In this document: positions 1 through 10,168 of the stretch, piece after piece
Position numbering within the stretch: position 1 is the first letter of the stretch
How the letters are laid out: the number at the start of each line of letters is the position of its first letter
Assembly: GCA_000320545.1 (NCBI GenBank)
Contig: ADNK01000827.1
Location: forward strand, 1-64,000
Direction of reading: 5' to 3'
DNA length: 64,000 bases
Source of the DNA: Bigelowiella natans CCMP2755
Taxonomy: Eukaryota; Protista; Cercozoa
Position numbers and translations under genes: made by a program
Notes under the pieces: generated by a model
Databases searched by the model: none
Told to the model about the DNA's origin: nothing
Seen by the model: the letters and a program-made list of their open reading frames with translations, nothing else

Positions 1-205
1 GGGGGGGGGGAAGAGGTCGAATAATGATGAGAACGGCTGCTCATCAAATACCTTAGTTTCTTTACACACACGCGCGCGCGCGTATCAATGTTAATAATAA
101 ATAGTTACAGCTCATGAGTTCTAAGACGAACACCTATTATAAGATGATTTGGTATGATTAAGGAGACAACATCAAACAAGGCACATCGTTGCTTTTTTGG
201 TAGTG

Positions 206-236
<31 letters not shown>

Positions 237-259
237 CATCATCACCACTCACACCCGAC

Positions 260-292
<33 letters not shown>

Positions 293-1585
293 CGTTGAGT
301 TGCTGTACCACTACTATTTCTTAAGATGTATTGTGTACCGGCATGTCGAATGTCGCAAGGAAAGAGTCGCCATCGATAGGATTCAATTGACCGGAAGGCT
401 GAGGAGAGAGGGCAGGGGGGGAGGGAGAGGAGAGGCAGCAAGAAGAAGCTATTCATAATCCACACTAATATTCGTGCATGATATCATCTGATGCGCGCTC
501 TTTCCATTACCATGCCAGTCCCCGCAAACGTCGTAACTTCTCCTTCTGGTGATATCTGAACGTTGTTGAAGTGTTAATGTAGAAAGCTCAAGAATCTTGG
601 AGCAGCCGTAGCCGCCGCTTATAAGACGAATTCGCAGATGTGAAATCATGTGTGCTTTCGCGAAGAGAGAGGGACGAGAGCAAGGGGATAATAGATAAAA
701 TGATGATAAAATCCGAAGACAAGTACTTTACACCGTACAAACGCATGCCGAAGCCATGGAATTACCTTCCGAATTACGTTGTTCCCAGTGTCTCCGATGA
801 AGATGTTTCTTCGTCTGTCCACGGATATCTGATGATGATGATGATGATAAGGGTGATGGATGATGAGCAGCTGAAGTAGAAGAGAAGAAATGACGACTCC
901 GTCTTAGCGTTTCGATTGCGGCTCCTTGCCTCTCAACGGCGAAGAAGCGTGACGATAACGAAGATAATACACACATATACACATATAAATAATATTAAAA
1001 ATACACACACACACACACATTGGTTAATGAGGTAAAATGAGAGTTAACTGACATGCACTCATGATAAAAAATGCAGCAGATGTTCGTTTTCTCATCGGTG
1101 TTTCTCTCGACGTTGGTGTCACTCAAAGGAAGGATGTGAGTGATGGTGTGTGTGCGTGTACACACCCCCATGGGACTTTTGAAAAGTGCCGTCCTAGCGT
1201 TGCCGTCGCGATAGCTTTATCATTATTATTTTGGAGGGGGGGGGGGGGTAAGCAGATATAATGTTAATTCATCGTGATTTTCGTTTTTTCTTGGAAATAA
1301 CCCTCTTTATATCAGCTCACCAGTGAGGGCCATGATCATTACCACCATGAATATATTACTACTTATCCACTGCTTACACTTCGCCTTATCGCTGCTGCTA
1401 TGTTTTAGGAGAAGACTTTTATTTATTCTTGGTTTTGTCATGTTTAAGGTGTGTGTGTGGTTAGTAGACTAGGGTAGCAATACCCTCCTCCTCCTCCTCC
1501 TCCTCCTCCTCCTCCTCCTGATGGTGCTGTTGTTGAGGTGCTGCCAGCTACAGTCGTCACTGCATCAGCCCGATAACAACAAAAC

Positions 1586-1623
<38 letters not shown>

Positions 1624-3007
1624 CATCAGATTATGTTTCGTCAAGCATCATATAAGGAGGAGTACGACAACGACGATGATAACAGCGAGAATGTGCTAAT
1701 AGTGATGATAAAATAGGAACAGAGCTGTAACTGTCTTTAGTATAAATAAATAAATGAATATATATATATATATATATATATACCGCAAGATCCATCAAGG
1801 CTGACTCTCCGAATCAAGTTATTTCCCGTGTCGGCAACGTATAAACCTGTTCATAAGAAGGGGGGGAGGGGAGAGCCTTAGCTTGTTGATCGACTGGTGA
1901 TATGCTGGTCAAAATGAGGCAAATCGAAAGAGCGCGTGGAGCAAAGCGACGAAGGAGGGGTATTTGAAAGCAGGAAGAACGGTATGAGAGTGAAATGAGC
2001 GCACTGTTATCAGGCCCCATCGCGACGTCCATTGGAAGGAAGAAACTTGCCTATTAATATGTATGTCCTCTATAAACATATGTATATTTACTAATATAGA
2101 TATATAAAGCTTATTCCGTCTTCTTATTAAATATTTCTCTCCTGCTGCTACTCCTTTCTCTCTGGATAAAACACACTCTCAATCACCCCCCCCTCCCCCT
2201 TCCCTCTGTATATACACGTATCATAATACATTTTGTCCGTTGCCATCCATACTTCCAGGCTCTGACAGCAGTTGTGATAATAGTCAATAATCGAGGAGGA
2301 GGGAGAGCAGCCAAACAACTTGAGTACCAATACTCACATGACGGTGACGACCACAACGACGAAGCCTACTACTGCTACTATTAAACTCAATCTCTTTTCC
2401 TTCTCTTACAAAAAACGATGATTCGGTCTCCTCTTAGTGCGTCACATCGGCTATTCCTACTACCGCTACTACTATCGCCTATGCCCTCCTCCTCCTCCTC
2501 CTCCTCCCCCTCCTCCTTCGGTTGTTTCTACACAATCATGCCCACCTTTTGAAGTCCCTACCAAAGTGCTGACGTTGCCGTTGATGAAGAAGCTCCTGCG
2601 TATGTAGCATCACCACCGCCGTGTTGTGAAAACAATGGTGGCAGGTACAGAGACGTACACTTGCGAGTACGTTAGGAGGCGGAGGTGGTGGAGGAGGAGG
2701 AGGAGAAGAAGAAGAGGAAGAAGAAGAAGGAACCACCATCTCCGTCGTTCAATTGGGTATTATAATTATTATTATTATTATTCATTATCACTTCGAAACA
2801 TCATCATCATCATACCGTCGTTGATTGATGTTATCGTTGCGTTTGAAGGTTGTCTTGAAGTATCGGTCCCGCTCTGCAACCTTCTTCTTTATCTTCGAGT
2901 GTAACACGCTGTACTTCTCCAGCTGTTTCATTTGTTGGTTCCAATTCCCCAGATTATCATCAGATAATTCTCACAAGGGTGATGACGACGAATGATGGGT
3001 TGTCAAA

Positions 3008-3042
<35 letters not shown>

Positions 3043-3362
3043 GTATGCATACACATATAGCGAGATGCTCACCTTATACAATATTTCCTTCATATGAGCC
3101 TTGCGAGTGACTTCGTCAGACTGAATAAGAAGAAGAAGAAAGAGGGAAAGATAGAGCATATTTTAGATCGAGTGAGATGTACGTCGGTCACTCTCAGGTA
3201 GCGACGACTGCTATTGCGCCTACTACTGCTTTATATGATACTATGATAACTTTCGCAAGGAGATAATATATATGAAACAGCATCAGCAGCATCAGCAGCA
3301 GTAATCACACTACTCGTTTATGTGGTGTTGCAACTATTGTCCCCCCTCTTCCAAACATCATT

Positions 3363-3397
<35 letters not shown>

Positions 3398-3495
3398 TAT
3401 CATCATTATCATCGTAAGGGAGTAGTACCAAATCATCTCCCGTAGCCCTCTCCATCAGCGACTTCTCAAAACCGGACATGTTGTACAGCCTGATG

Positions 3496-3527
<32 letters not shown>

Positions 3528-4315
3528 GATGATGGCAACAACGACGATGTTGATTTAGAAGGAAAGAACGATTGAGAATCCAAGAAAATGATTAATGAAA
3601 CACGTAGATACGTATGACGGACATCTACCAAGCCGTGTGTATTCTATATATGTTTACATGTTCCTGGAGAACTCGGTGGCATTCCCGGCTTTTCGAGATA
3701 AACGCTCCTGCGATCATGATAATATTCGTCACAAAGAAAGAGTAGTGCAACGATTATCGGAGTATCTTCGTAGACCATAGACGAGAATTCACGTCTTCTT
3801 TTTTCCCCCTTTTCGACGTTGACTACTACTACAGCAACAATAAGAACAACTACAACTGCTATTATTACTACTACCTCGATATTTCTGGGCGGTAATGGGT
3901 ACGTCCAGTTACGATCGATCTTCTTGTAATTCTTCAGCTCTCTCTGAATAAATACATGTGCCGATAAGCCCCACATATCAATGTTGTGTATTCATCTTCA
4001 TTAGCATATCAAACAATATCTCCTGCTGTTGATCTCTCTTTATTTCACACTACTCATCAGGTTTACTCGATAGTGCGTATAGAGTATTTTTTAGATTTTG
4101 GACGTCTATAGAAACTGACACAGTGAAGAAATAGCGAATGCAATATACTGCGGGCGGATGTAGGTAACTCTGAAACAAGGACCTTTATGTCGCGGTCGAT
4201 TCGAGGCTCTGGTGCATCTGAATTTTCATGGAGGATGATATTAGAGTTGTACCTTAATTCTCCCAGCTATCTGGGCGCCGCGATGAGGCAGCGGTTACCG
4301 AATCGTTTTGCAGTG

Positions 4316-4367
<52 letters not shown>

Positions 4368-4792
4368 ATGACCTGAAGAGGACGATTTTTGCTCGACTTC
4401 CATATTCACCAATCCTGTTTCTTTTTCTGTCGCAACCTATGGAATTGAAGAAGGCCTGCTGAAATAGTTACTCGCCAGAGGTAATTAATGGAAATTTAGC
4501 TTCAATGAACGTACCCCCCTCTGGACTCGCTTCCTAAGCTGGCGTCCTTTTCGCCCACGCATCTTCGGATGGATGTTCCGTGATTCCTCGGGCACATTCC
4601 AGAATCCAGCTCGAGATACCAAATGCGACGTGGTTTCTGCCTCCCACAGGCCAACGCTTAGCAAGCTGATCAAGCATCACAATTATTAGTCGAGAATTCG
4701 GAAGCAGCTTGCCGAGCTCTGTACCTGAGGAGGACGATCCCTGCCCACTGGAGCACTTGGACTTGACATAATGTAGACGGGCGATGATACAT
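1..4792 (-). CDS. Multi-exon NHL-repeat (beta-propeller) protein with an N-terminal signal/transit-like leader; 3' end probably outside the window
   Basis: Minus-strand exons read by eye between GT/AG sites. Leader MYHRPSTLCQVQVLQWAGIVLLSLLSVGLW... (ATG 4792). NHL-type motifs LYVADTGNNLIRRVSLDG (~1782-1850), AVTTVAG (~1545-1570), YRDGNARTALFKSPMG (~1167-1215), IDGDSFLATFDMP (~338-385). Exon structure is incomplete. Confidence 0.55.
199..292. repeat. (TAG)n microsatellites in an intron
   Basis: Two visible runs of tagtagtag; representative of many intronic simple repeats in this window. Confidence 0.9.
4317..4365. repeat. (GT)n microsatellite (intronic)
   Basis: Visible perfect dinucleotide run. 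Confidence 0.9.
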
Positions 4793-4956
4793 CGGTGTGC
4801 GAGGGGGGGGGAGGGGGGGGATCAGCAGAGATTCAACACAGTGAGGAAGTGTTGTTGCAGCATCGGCGGCTCTCTGGAGGAACTAACCGACAGAGGCCTC
4901 CTTCTCCTCCTCCTCCTCCTCCGATCTGATGTTGCCCCACTGCAACTCTTCCGGTA

Positions 4957-6780
4957 GAAGATCGACGTGTCGTTGTCATGTCGAGCTGGTGCATCATGTT
5001 CCATTTTCACACTGCGACAAGGCTGACTTCGAAATTCAAGTGGCATGTGGCAGCCAATGCTCAAACGTGATGAAAAATTCCACACCTCCCATGTGGTTCT
5101 GGCGCATGCAGTTTTGATCAACGCTTTCTTCATTGTTCATTGTTCATTGCTCCCCCCTGTCCTCCTCCCAACCCTCACCTCTCCCTCTCTCTCTCTGCAG
5201 CTTGCCATTTTCAGAGGGTCTCCCGCACATGGCCAGTGAGCAGCGTGCAGGAGGATCGGTGTTGATGCCTCTGCTGTGATCCAAACGTTGTGGAGACCTG
5301 ACTGGACAATGGAGGCTTTTGGTTTGTGGAGCACTCCCATTCCGCGTTTGGAGTTTTGAGGGCCGGAAGGTGTGGTGGGGAATGGAGTCCATTGGTGAGT
5401 TTTTGGTGCTGCTGTTTTGTTCACAGGGAATTGGGCATCGATCAAAAAAAGAGTGTCCAACTTTTCGTCCAAAGTGAGTTCACGAGAGAGAACCACTTTG
5501 CCATTGAGGCCTCCAATGTTCCACCGTGCAACTTTGAAAAAGGAGTTTGAGTGCATGCGTGGTTGGCGAGGGAGGGAAAGAGGGGCCCGCCTCCTGCGCC
5601 GGTTCTTCAACGTCACTCTTTGTTGTGAGACCCCCCGCCGTGTCGCTTCCCCACGCAGTGCGTGGTGTGGCAAGCAAACAAAAGAGCACGGTCCACAAGA
5701 CAGACCTTGCAGTGATGTGCTCCATGTGCACATGTGTGCACGTGTGGATGTTGCCAACACCGTGTGTTGATTGTGCTTGGTCATGGGCGTCAAGCATTCT
5801 GCTCACCCCACCTCGCTGCCATGTTCCGATGTCCAGCATTTCCAGACTTGCCTGTTTCGCGCAATTCGCGCGCCGAGATGCAAACATGCACACCGGTCGG
5901 GCCATCAACTGCAATGCGGCGGGTGCTGAGCTACTTGCATGAGCGATCATTGGCCTGTGCGTCGTTTCCGAATCTGTTTGGATTTTGAACTCCGTGTCAT
6001 TTCAATCAACAGGGCAGATTGCTTCTTTCACAGATTCATCCACGAAATGGGATTTCATGGTCCGCATCCCAACAATGACAATGTCATCTTGATCACAACA
6101 AATTTCTCGGATGCATCTCAAACCTCTGGTCTTTTTTCTTTGCACATTCAGCACAAATTGCTTTGAACGCATCGGAACCATGCATTTCAAGTTCACCTCC
6201 TCTTCCATGGACATCAAAAGATTCCGATGTTTCATTTTCCTTTTCCTTTTCACCAAAGATCATTTCGGCACAGTGTTTGGAAAATTTCTTGGAACCATTT
6301 CGAGTCGCACATTCATGTGCAGCCAATGCAGTCGAAGCACACGTGACAACTGCCGAAGGCGATTTTTGACAATTTCAGGGCACACATCGTGCTGCATGGG
6401 AGAGTCATTTTGAGACGATTTGGCGACACATGATGCGCTGGCACGGATGCCCATTGAATCTTCTCGCATCGAACTGTGCAAGTTGATGGGAGAGAGTTGA
6501 AGCACATGTGCACATCTTGCACGTGCTGCATGCAAATGGCAATGCATCATTTGGGTGGTCATGCCCATCACACAGCGCTGGCCACGTGCAGTCTGCTGAG
6601 TGGAGCTTGTCAAACTTGCCACGCAGTCTGCTCAGCATGCGCTTGTGCATGATTTGCACGTTCACATTTCAACTGACATCGTGTGTTGGAATGTGCGCAT
6701 CGTTTGATGTCTCATGCAAGGATCAGGTCACACTTGTGCACGTTGGCCGCAGCACAGCTTGCAAGCATGGTGTGACTGTG
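4957..6780. other. TpA-erased (hypermutated) block 1
   Basis: Manual count finds one TA dinucleotide (ctac, ~5932) in about 1.8 kb. TG/CA are abundant and CG is retained. ORFs here are His/Cys-rich and essentially Tyr-free. Confidence 0.9.
5225..5556 (-). mobile_element. Degenerate non-LTR retrotransposon (LINE) APE/EEP endonuclease fragment
   Basis: KVARWNIGGLNGK resembles the LINE EN start WNVxGLN. LDTLFLIDAQ matches the DIxxLQE motif (catalytic E lost), RGMGVLHK matches GVxIL, and LLHAAHWP matches the xxYxP motif with Y changed to H. No RT domain follows. Confidence 0.65.
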
Positions 6781-7101
6781 GTAGTCGCCACATCATGCGT
6801 TCTGCGTTGTGGCTGTTGCACCATGCTTCCTTGTGTGTTGCTCGTTGGTGTCAAAGTTTTGCCCAGCTAGCGTGTTGTTGCATGGTGTCAATGCATGATG
6901 TGCACATGCTGCATCAACGGCAATGATTTGTGGCATTAGTAACTTTGATCCAAAATGATTTGATGACAGGTGCCAACACTGCAACAAACGTACATGGAAG
7001 TCCAAAAGTCAAACATTCAAACTAGCTACATCAAATTTCTTTTCATTTGCATTAGGGGCTGGCTTTATTTTTTTCCGACCGATCTTTAATTCCTTAGATA
7101 G

Positions 7102-9795
7102 TCAATACTTTCTTTTTCTGCCTGCGTTTGCTTCTGAGGATGAGTCCTCAGGTTCCCATTCCATATCGTCACCTGAGGGAGTCCCTACTATCTTCTTTAA
7201 ACTGACATTAAACTTAAGTGTTCCTTCCGGCGTTGAAGAAATGGAAACAATACTGTGGTCACGCAGCTTTCCAGCAATTATCATTCGCGACATTTGTGTG
7301 ATGATGTGCCGTTCCAGGTACCGCCTCAGCGGACGTGCTCCATAAATAGGTGTATATGCTGCATCTAATACAATCTTGGCAGCTTTTGCATCTATTTCCA
7401 AATCGATGTCCTTGTCTTTGAGGCGATCACCAAGGCCCTTGACTTGGAGGGTTACAATCTTTCCAAGTTCATCGCGGCTTAGAGGTGTGAACACAACCAT
7501 GTCGTCCAGGCGGTTGAGGAATTCTGGGGCGAAGTGTTTGCGAACTGCGTCTAGCACTTTTTCGCGGGCGTCAGGAGCAAGCTTGCCAGTTTTTGCATCG
7601 ATTCCATTGAGAAGATGCTCCGCTCCGAGATTGGAGGTCATGATAATTACAGTGTTGGTGAAATCCACTACACGTCCTTGGCCATCAGTCAATCGCCCGT
7701 CATCCAAGACTTGCAACAGTACATTGAAGACACGCGTGTGCGCCTTCTCTACCTCATCAAAGAGGACAACGGCATATGGCTTGCGGCGGACTGCTTCTGT
7801 AAGCTGCCCACCAGTCTCATGCCCAACATATCCAGGGGGCGCCCCAATCAATCGAGCTACAGAGTGCTGTTCCATGTACTCTGACATGTCAATTCGAATT
7901 ATTTCCTTCTCACTGTCGAAAAGCTCCTCTGCCAGAGTCTTTGCCAATTCAGTTTTTCCAACGCCAGTGGGACCAAGAAATAAGAAGGAACCTGTGGGAC
8001 GATTAGAGCTGGCTAACCCTGCGCGCGATCTCAATATTGCCTCAGACACAGCATCAACAGCTTCGTCCTGTCCTACAACACGCTCGTGCAAACGATCGCC
8101 TAATTTGAGGAGTCTTTGAGCTTGACTTTGTTGCAGCTTAGTTACCGGGATACCAGTCCAACGTGCCACAATCTCTGAGATCTTATCAGAGGTGACGACC
8201 TCTGTTAGGAGACTGTCAGTCCTCTTTGCCTTCTGCTCCTTGTCTTGTTGCATGAGTCTCTTGATTCTTTTTTCTACGTCAGGAATAGCTTCATATTGCA
8301 AGTCTGCAGCGCGTTCCATGTCGCGGGCGCGCTGGGCCTTGACAAGCTTAGTTTTGAGTTGATCAAGCTTCTTACGGAAACGTTGAATTTCAACAACGAT
8401 CGCCTTTTCATCCTCCAGACGCTGCATCAATGGTTGCAGCTCTTTCTCCAAGTCTCTCAACTTTGTTTTGACATTCTTCAATCGATCCTTACTTGCATCA
8501 TCCTTCTCCCTTTCGAGAGCAGTCCTTTCGACTTCGAGCTGCAGTTTGCGTCTCTGCAGTTTATCGATGATCTCTGGCTGGGAGTCGAGCTGGACGCGTG
8601 TAGATGCACACGCTTCGTCCACAAGATCGATAGCTTTATCGGGCAGAAATCGTCCGCTGATATATCTATCCGATAACTTTGCTGCTGCAACAAGAGAGGC
8701 ATCAAGCAGTCGTACACCATGATGAGCTTCATACTTCTCCCGTAGGCCACGAAGAATTGAAACCGTATCCACCACAGATGGCTCCTTTACAAGAACCTGT
8801 TGAAAGCGTCGCTCGAAGGCAGGATCTTTTTCCACATACTTTTGGTACTCGTCTAGGGTTGTAGCGCCTATTGATCGGAGCTCTCCACGTGCCAGCATAG
8901 GTTTGAGGAGGTTTGCGGCGTCCATGGAGCCAGAGGTTTTACCAGCACCAAGAACTAAATGTATCTCGTCCATGAAGAGTATCACTTTGCCCTCGGCTTC
9001 TTTAACTTCTTTAAGAACGGCCTTTAGCCTTTCCTCAAATTCTCCCCGGTAGGATGCACCAGCGATGAGAGCTCCCATATCAAGTGAAATAAGTTCTGCG
9101 TCGAGGTTCTTTGGGATGTCCCCACGCACGATTCGTTGTGCTAAGCCTTCCACTATTGCAGTCTTTCCTACACCGGGGTCTCCTATGAGAACAGGGTTAT
9201 TCTTGCGACGACGAGATAATATTTGAATACATCGTCTTATTTCTTGATCTCGTCCTATTACTGGGTCCAACTTACCGTCTCTTGCTAGCTCGGTCATGTT
9301 AATACCGTATTTGTTGAGTGCGTCGAAGGTGCTCTCGGCATTTTCACTAGTTACCTTAGCGCCCTTACGCATTTTCTCTACAATTTTCTTCACTATCTGA
9401 GGGGTGAGACTTACTTTTGAAAGAACACTAGACACGTTCTTCTGCTCCGCGCATGCTACGAGGAGAGTATCGATCGCAATCAATTTGTCCCCATTTTTTT
9501 TCATGAGCGATTTCGCCAAATTCATCATTCTTTGGAAATTTGTCGATAGTTGTGGCGAGGGCGGAGGGGGCGTTTGCCTAGGAAGTTTTTTCTGTGCGTT
9601 TCTGAGTGCAGTCTCCACATCTACAGGGTCAACACCCGGTACATCTTTGCAAAGGGACTCTGCAACTCCACCGGGAGTGGCAAATATTACTATAGCGAGA
9701 TGCAAAGGATCCACTTGCGAGTTGGATCCAGCTTGACATTCGTCAAAGGCTTCTTTAAGCGCCTTCTGGGAGGCTTTTGTTAGATCGTAGTTCAT
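7102..9795 (-). CDS. HSP101: Cytosolic HSP101/ClpB AAA+ disaggregase, intronless
   Basis: Clp-N domain; Walker A motifs GDPGVGKT and GPTGVGKT; M-domain coiled coil; [25 protein letters not shown]; GARPLRR. The first ATG in the 7102..9825 ORF is at 9795 (MNYDLTK). Confidence 0.97.
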   Translation of the reverse strand: MNYDLTKASQKALKEAFDECQAGSNSQVDPLHLAIVIFATPGGVAESLCKDVPGVDPVDVETALRNAQKKLPRQTPPPPSPQLSTNFQRMMNLAKSLMKKNGDKLIAIDTLLVACAEQKNVSSVLSKVSLTPQIVKKIVEKMRKGAKVTSENAESTFDALNKYGINMTELARDGKLDPVIGRDQEIRRCIQILSRRRKNNPVLIGDPGVGKTAIVEGLAQRIVRGDIPKNLDAELISLDMGALIAGASYRGEFEERLKAVLKEVKEAEGKVILFMDEIHLVLGAGKTSGSMDAANLLKPMLARGELRSIGATTLDEYQKYVEKDPAFERRFQQVLVKEPSVVDTVSILRGLREKYEAHHGVRLLDASLVAAAKLSDRYISGRFLPDKAIDLVDEACASTRVQLDSQPEIIDKLQRRKLQLEVERTALEREKDDASKDRLKNVKTKLRDLEKELQPLMQRLEDEKAIVVEIQRFRKKLDQLKTKLVKAQRARDMERAADLQYEAIPDVEKRIKRLMQQDKEQKAKRTDSLLTEVVTSDKISEIVARWTGIPVTKLQQSQAQRLLKLGDRLHERVVGQDEAVDAVSEAILRSRAGLASSNRPTGSFLFLGPTGVGKTELAKTLAEELFDSEKEIIRIDMSEYMEQHSVARLIGAPPGYVGHETGGQLTEAVRRKPYAVVLFDEVEKAHTRVFNVLLQVLDDGRLTDGQGRVVDFTNTVIIMTSNLGAEHLLNGIDAKTGKLAPDAREKVLDAVRKHFAPEFLNRLDDMVVFTPLSRDELGKIVTLQVKGLGDRLKDKDIDLEIDAKAAKIVLDAAYTPIYGARPLRRYLERHIITQMSRMIIAGKLRDHSIVSISSTPEGTLKFNVSLKKIVGTPSGDDMEWEPEDSSSEANAGRKRKY

Positions 9796-9933
9796 GTGTT
9801 GTTTTGAGTTGTGTGAGAGCACCAAAATGAACTAACACCTGTACCAGCAAATGTGTGATGTGATAAAATCCATGGAAATTTTTATCAAGTCGTACACAAG
9901 ATTTCCCCTATGATCACGCTATTTTCCACCCCT

Positions 9934-9994
9934 TGAAGCTTCGGGAAATCTTTCACGAAGTTCTTCCAGAATTACTTCCGGAAAATTCCAGAAT
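9934..9994. promoter_or_regulatory. Heat-shock elements (HSE) upstream of HSP101
   Basis: Perfect inverted nGAAn arrays: tGAAg-cTTCg-gGAAa (9934-9948) and cTTCc-gGAAa-aTTCc-aGAAt (9975-9994), with extra GAA/TTC units between them; 140-200 bp upstream of the HSP101 ATG. Confidence 0.85.
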
Positions 9995-10168
9995 CTCCAA
10001 TCTATCTCATAATGAGGAAATACCGGGATTAATTCATTTTACCGGGATTCTCGACTTCGCCTCTATTTTTGGAGCGAAGAGGTTTCGGTTTCGAATGATC
10101 CATGTCCTCCCCAACGTCCTCTCCATGATCGGATCGCTCTAACCTAGGAGCATAATTTCAGCTTCCCT

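Noticed and set aside
4957-6780. CpG-methylation decay or fungal-type RIP as the cause of the TG/CA excess
   Set aside because: CG is still frequent (e.g. tcgcgcaattcgcgcgccg) and TA is lost rather than gained.
4822-7005. Dense overlapping His/Cys-rich ORFs as real metal-binding proteins
   Set aside because: Loss of TA removes TAA/TAG stops and Tyr codons in all six frames, so long H/C-rich ORFs are an expected by-product.
7376-9783. Plus-strand ORFs inside HSP101
   Set aside because: Antisense shadows of a long conserved coding sequence.
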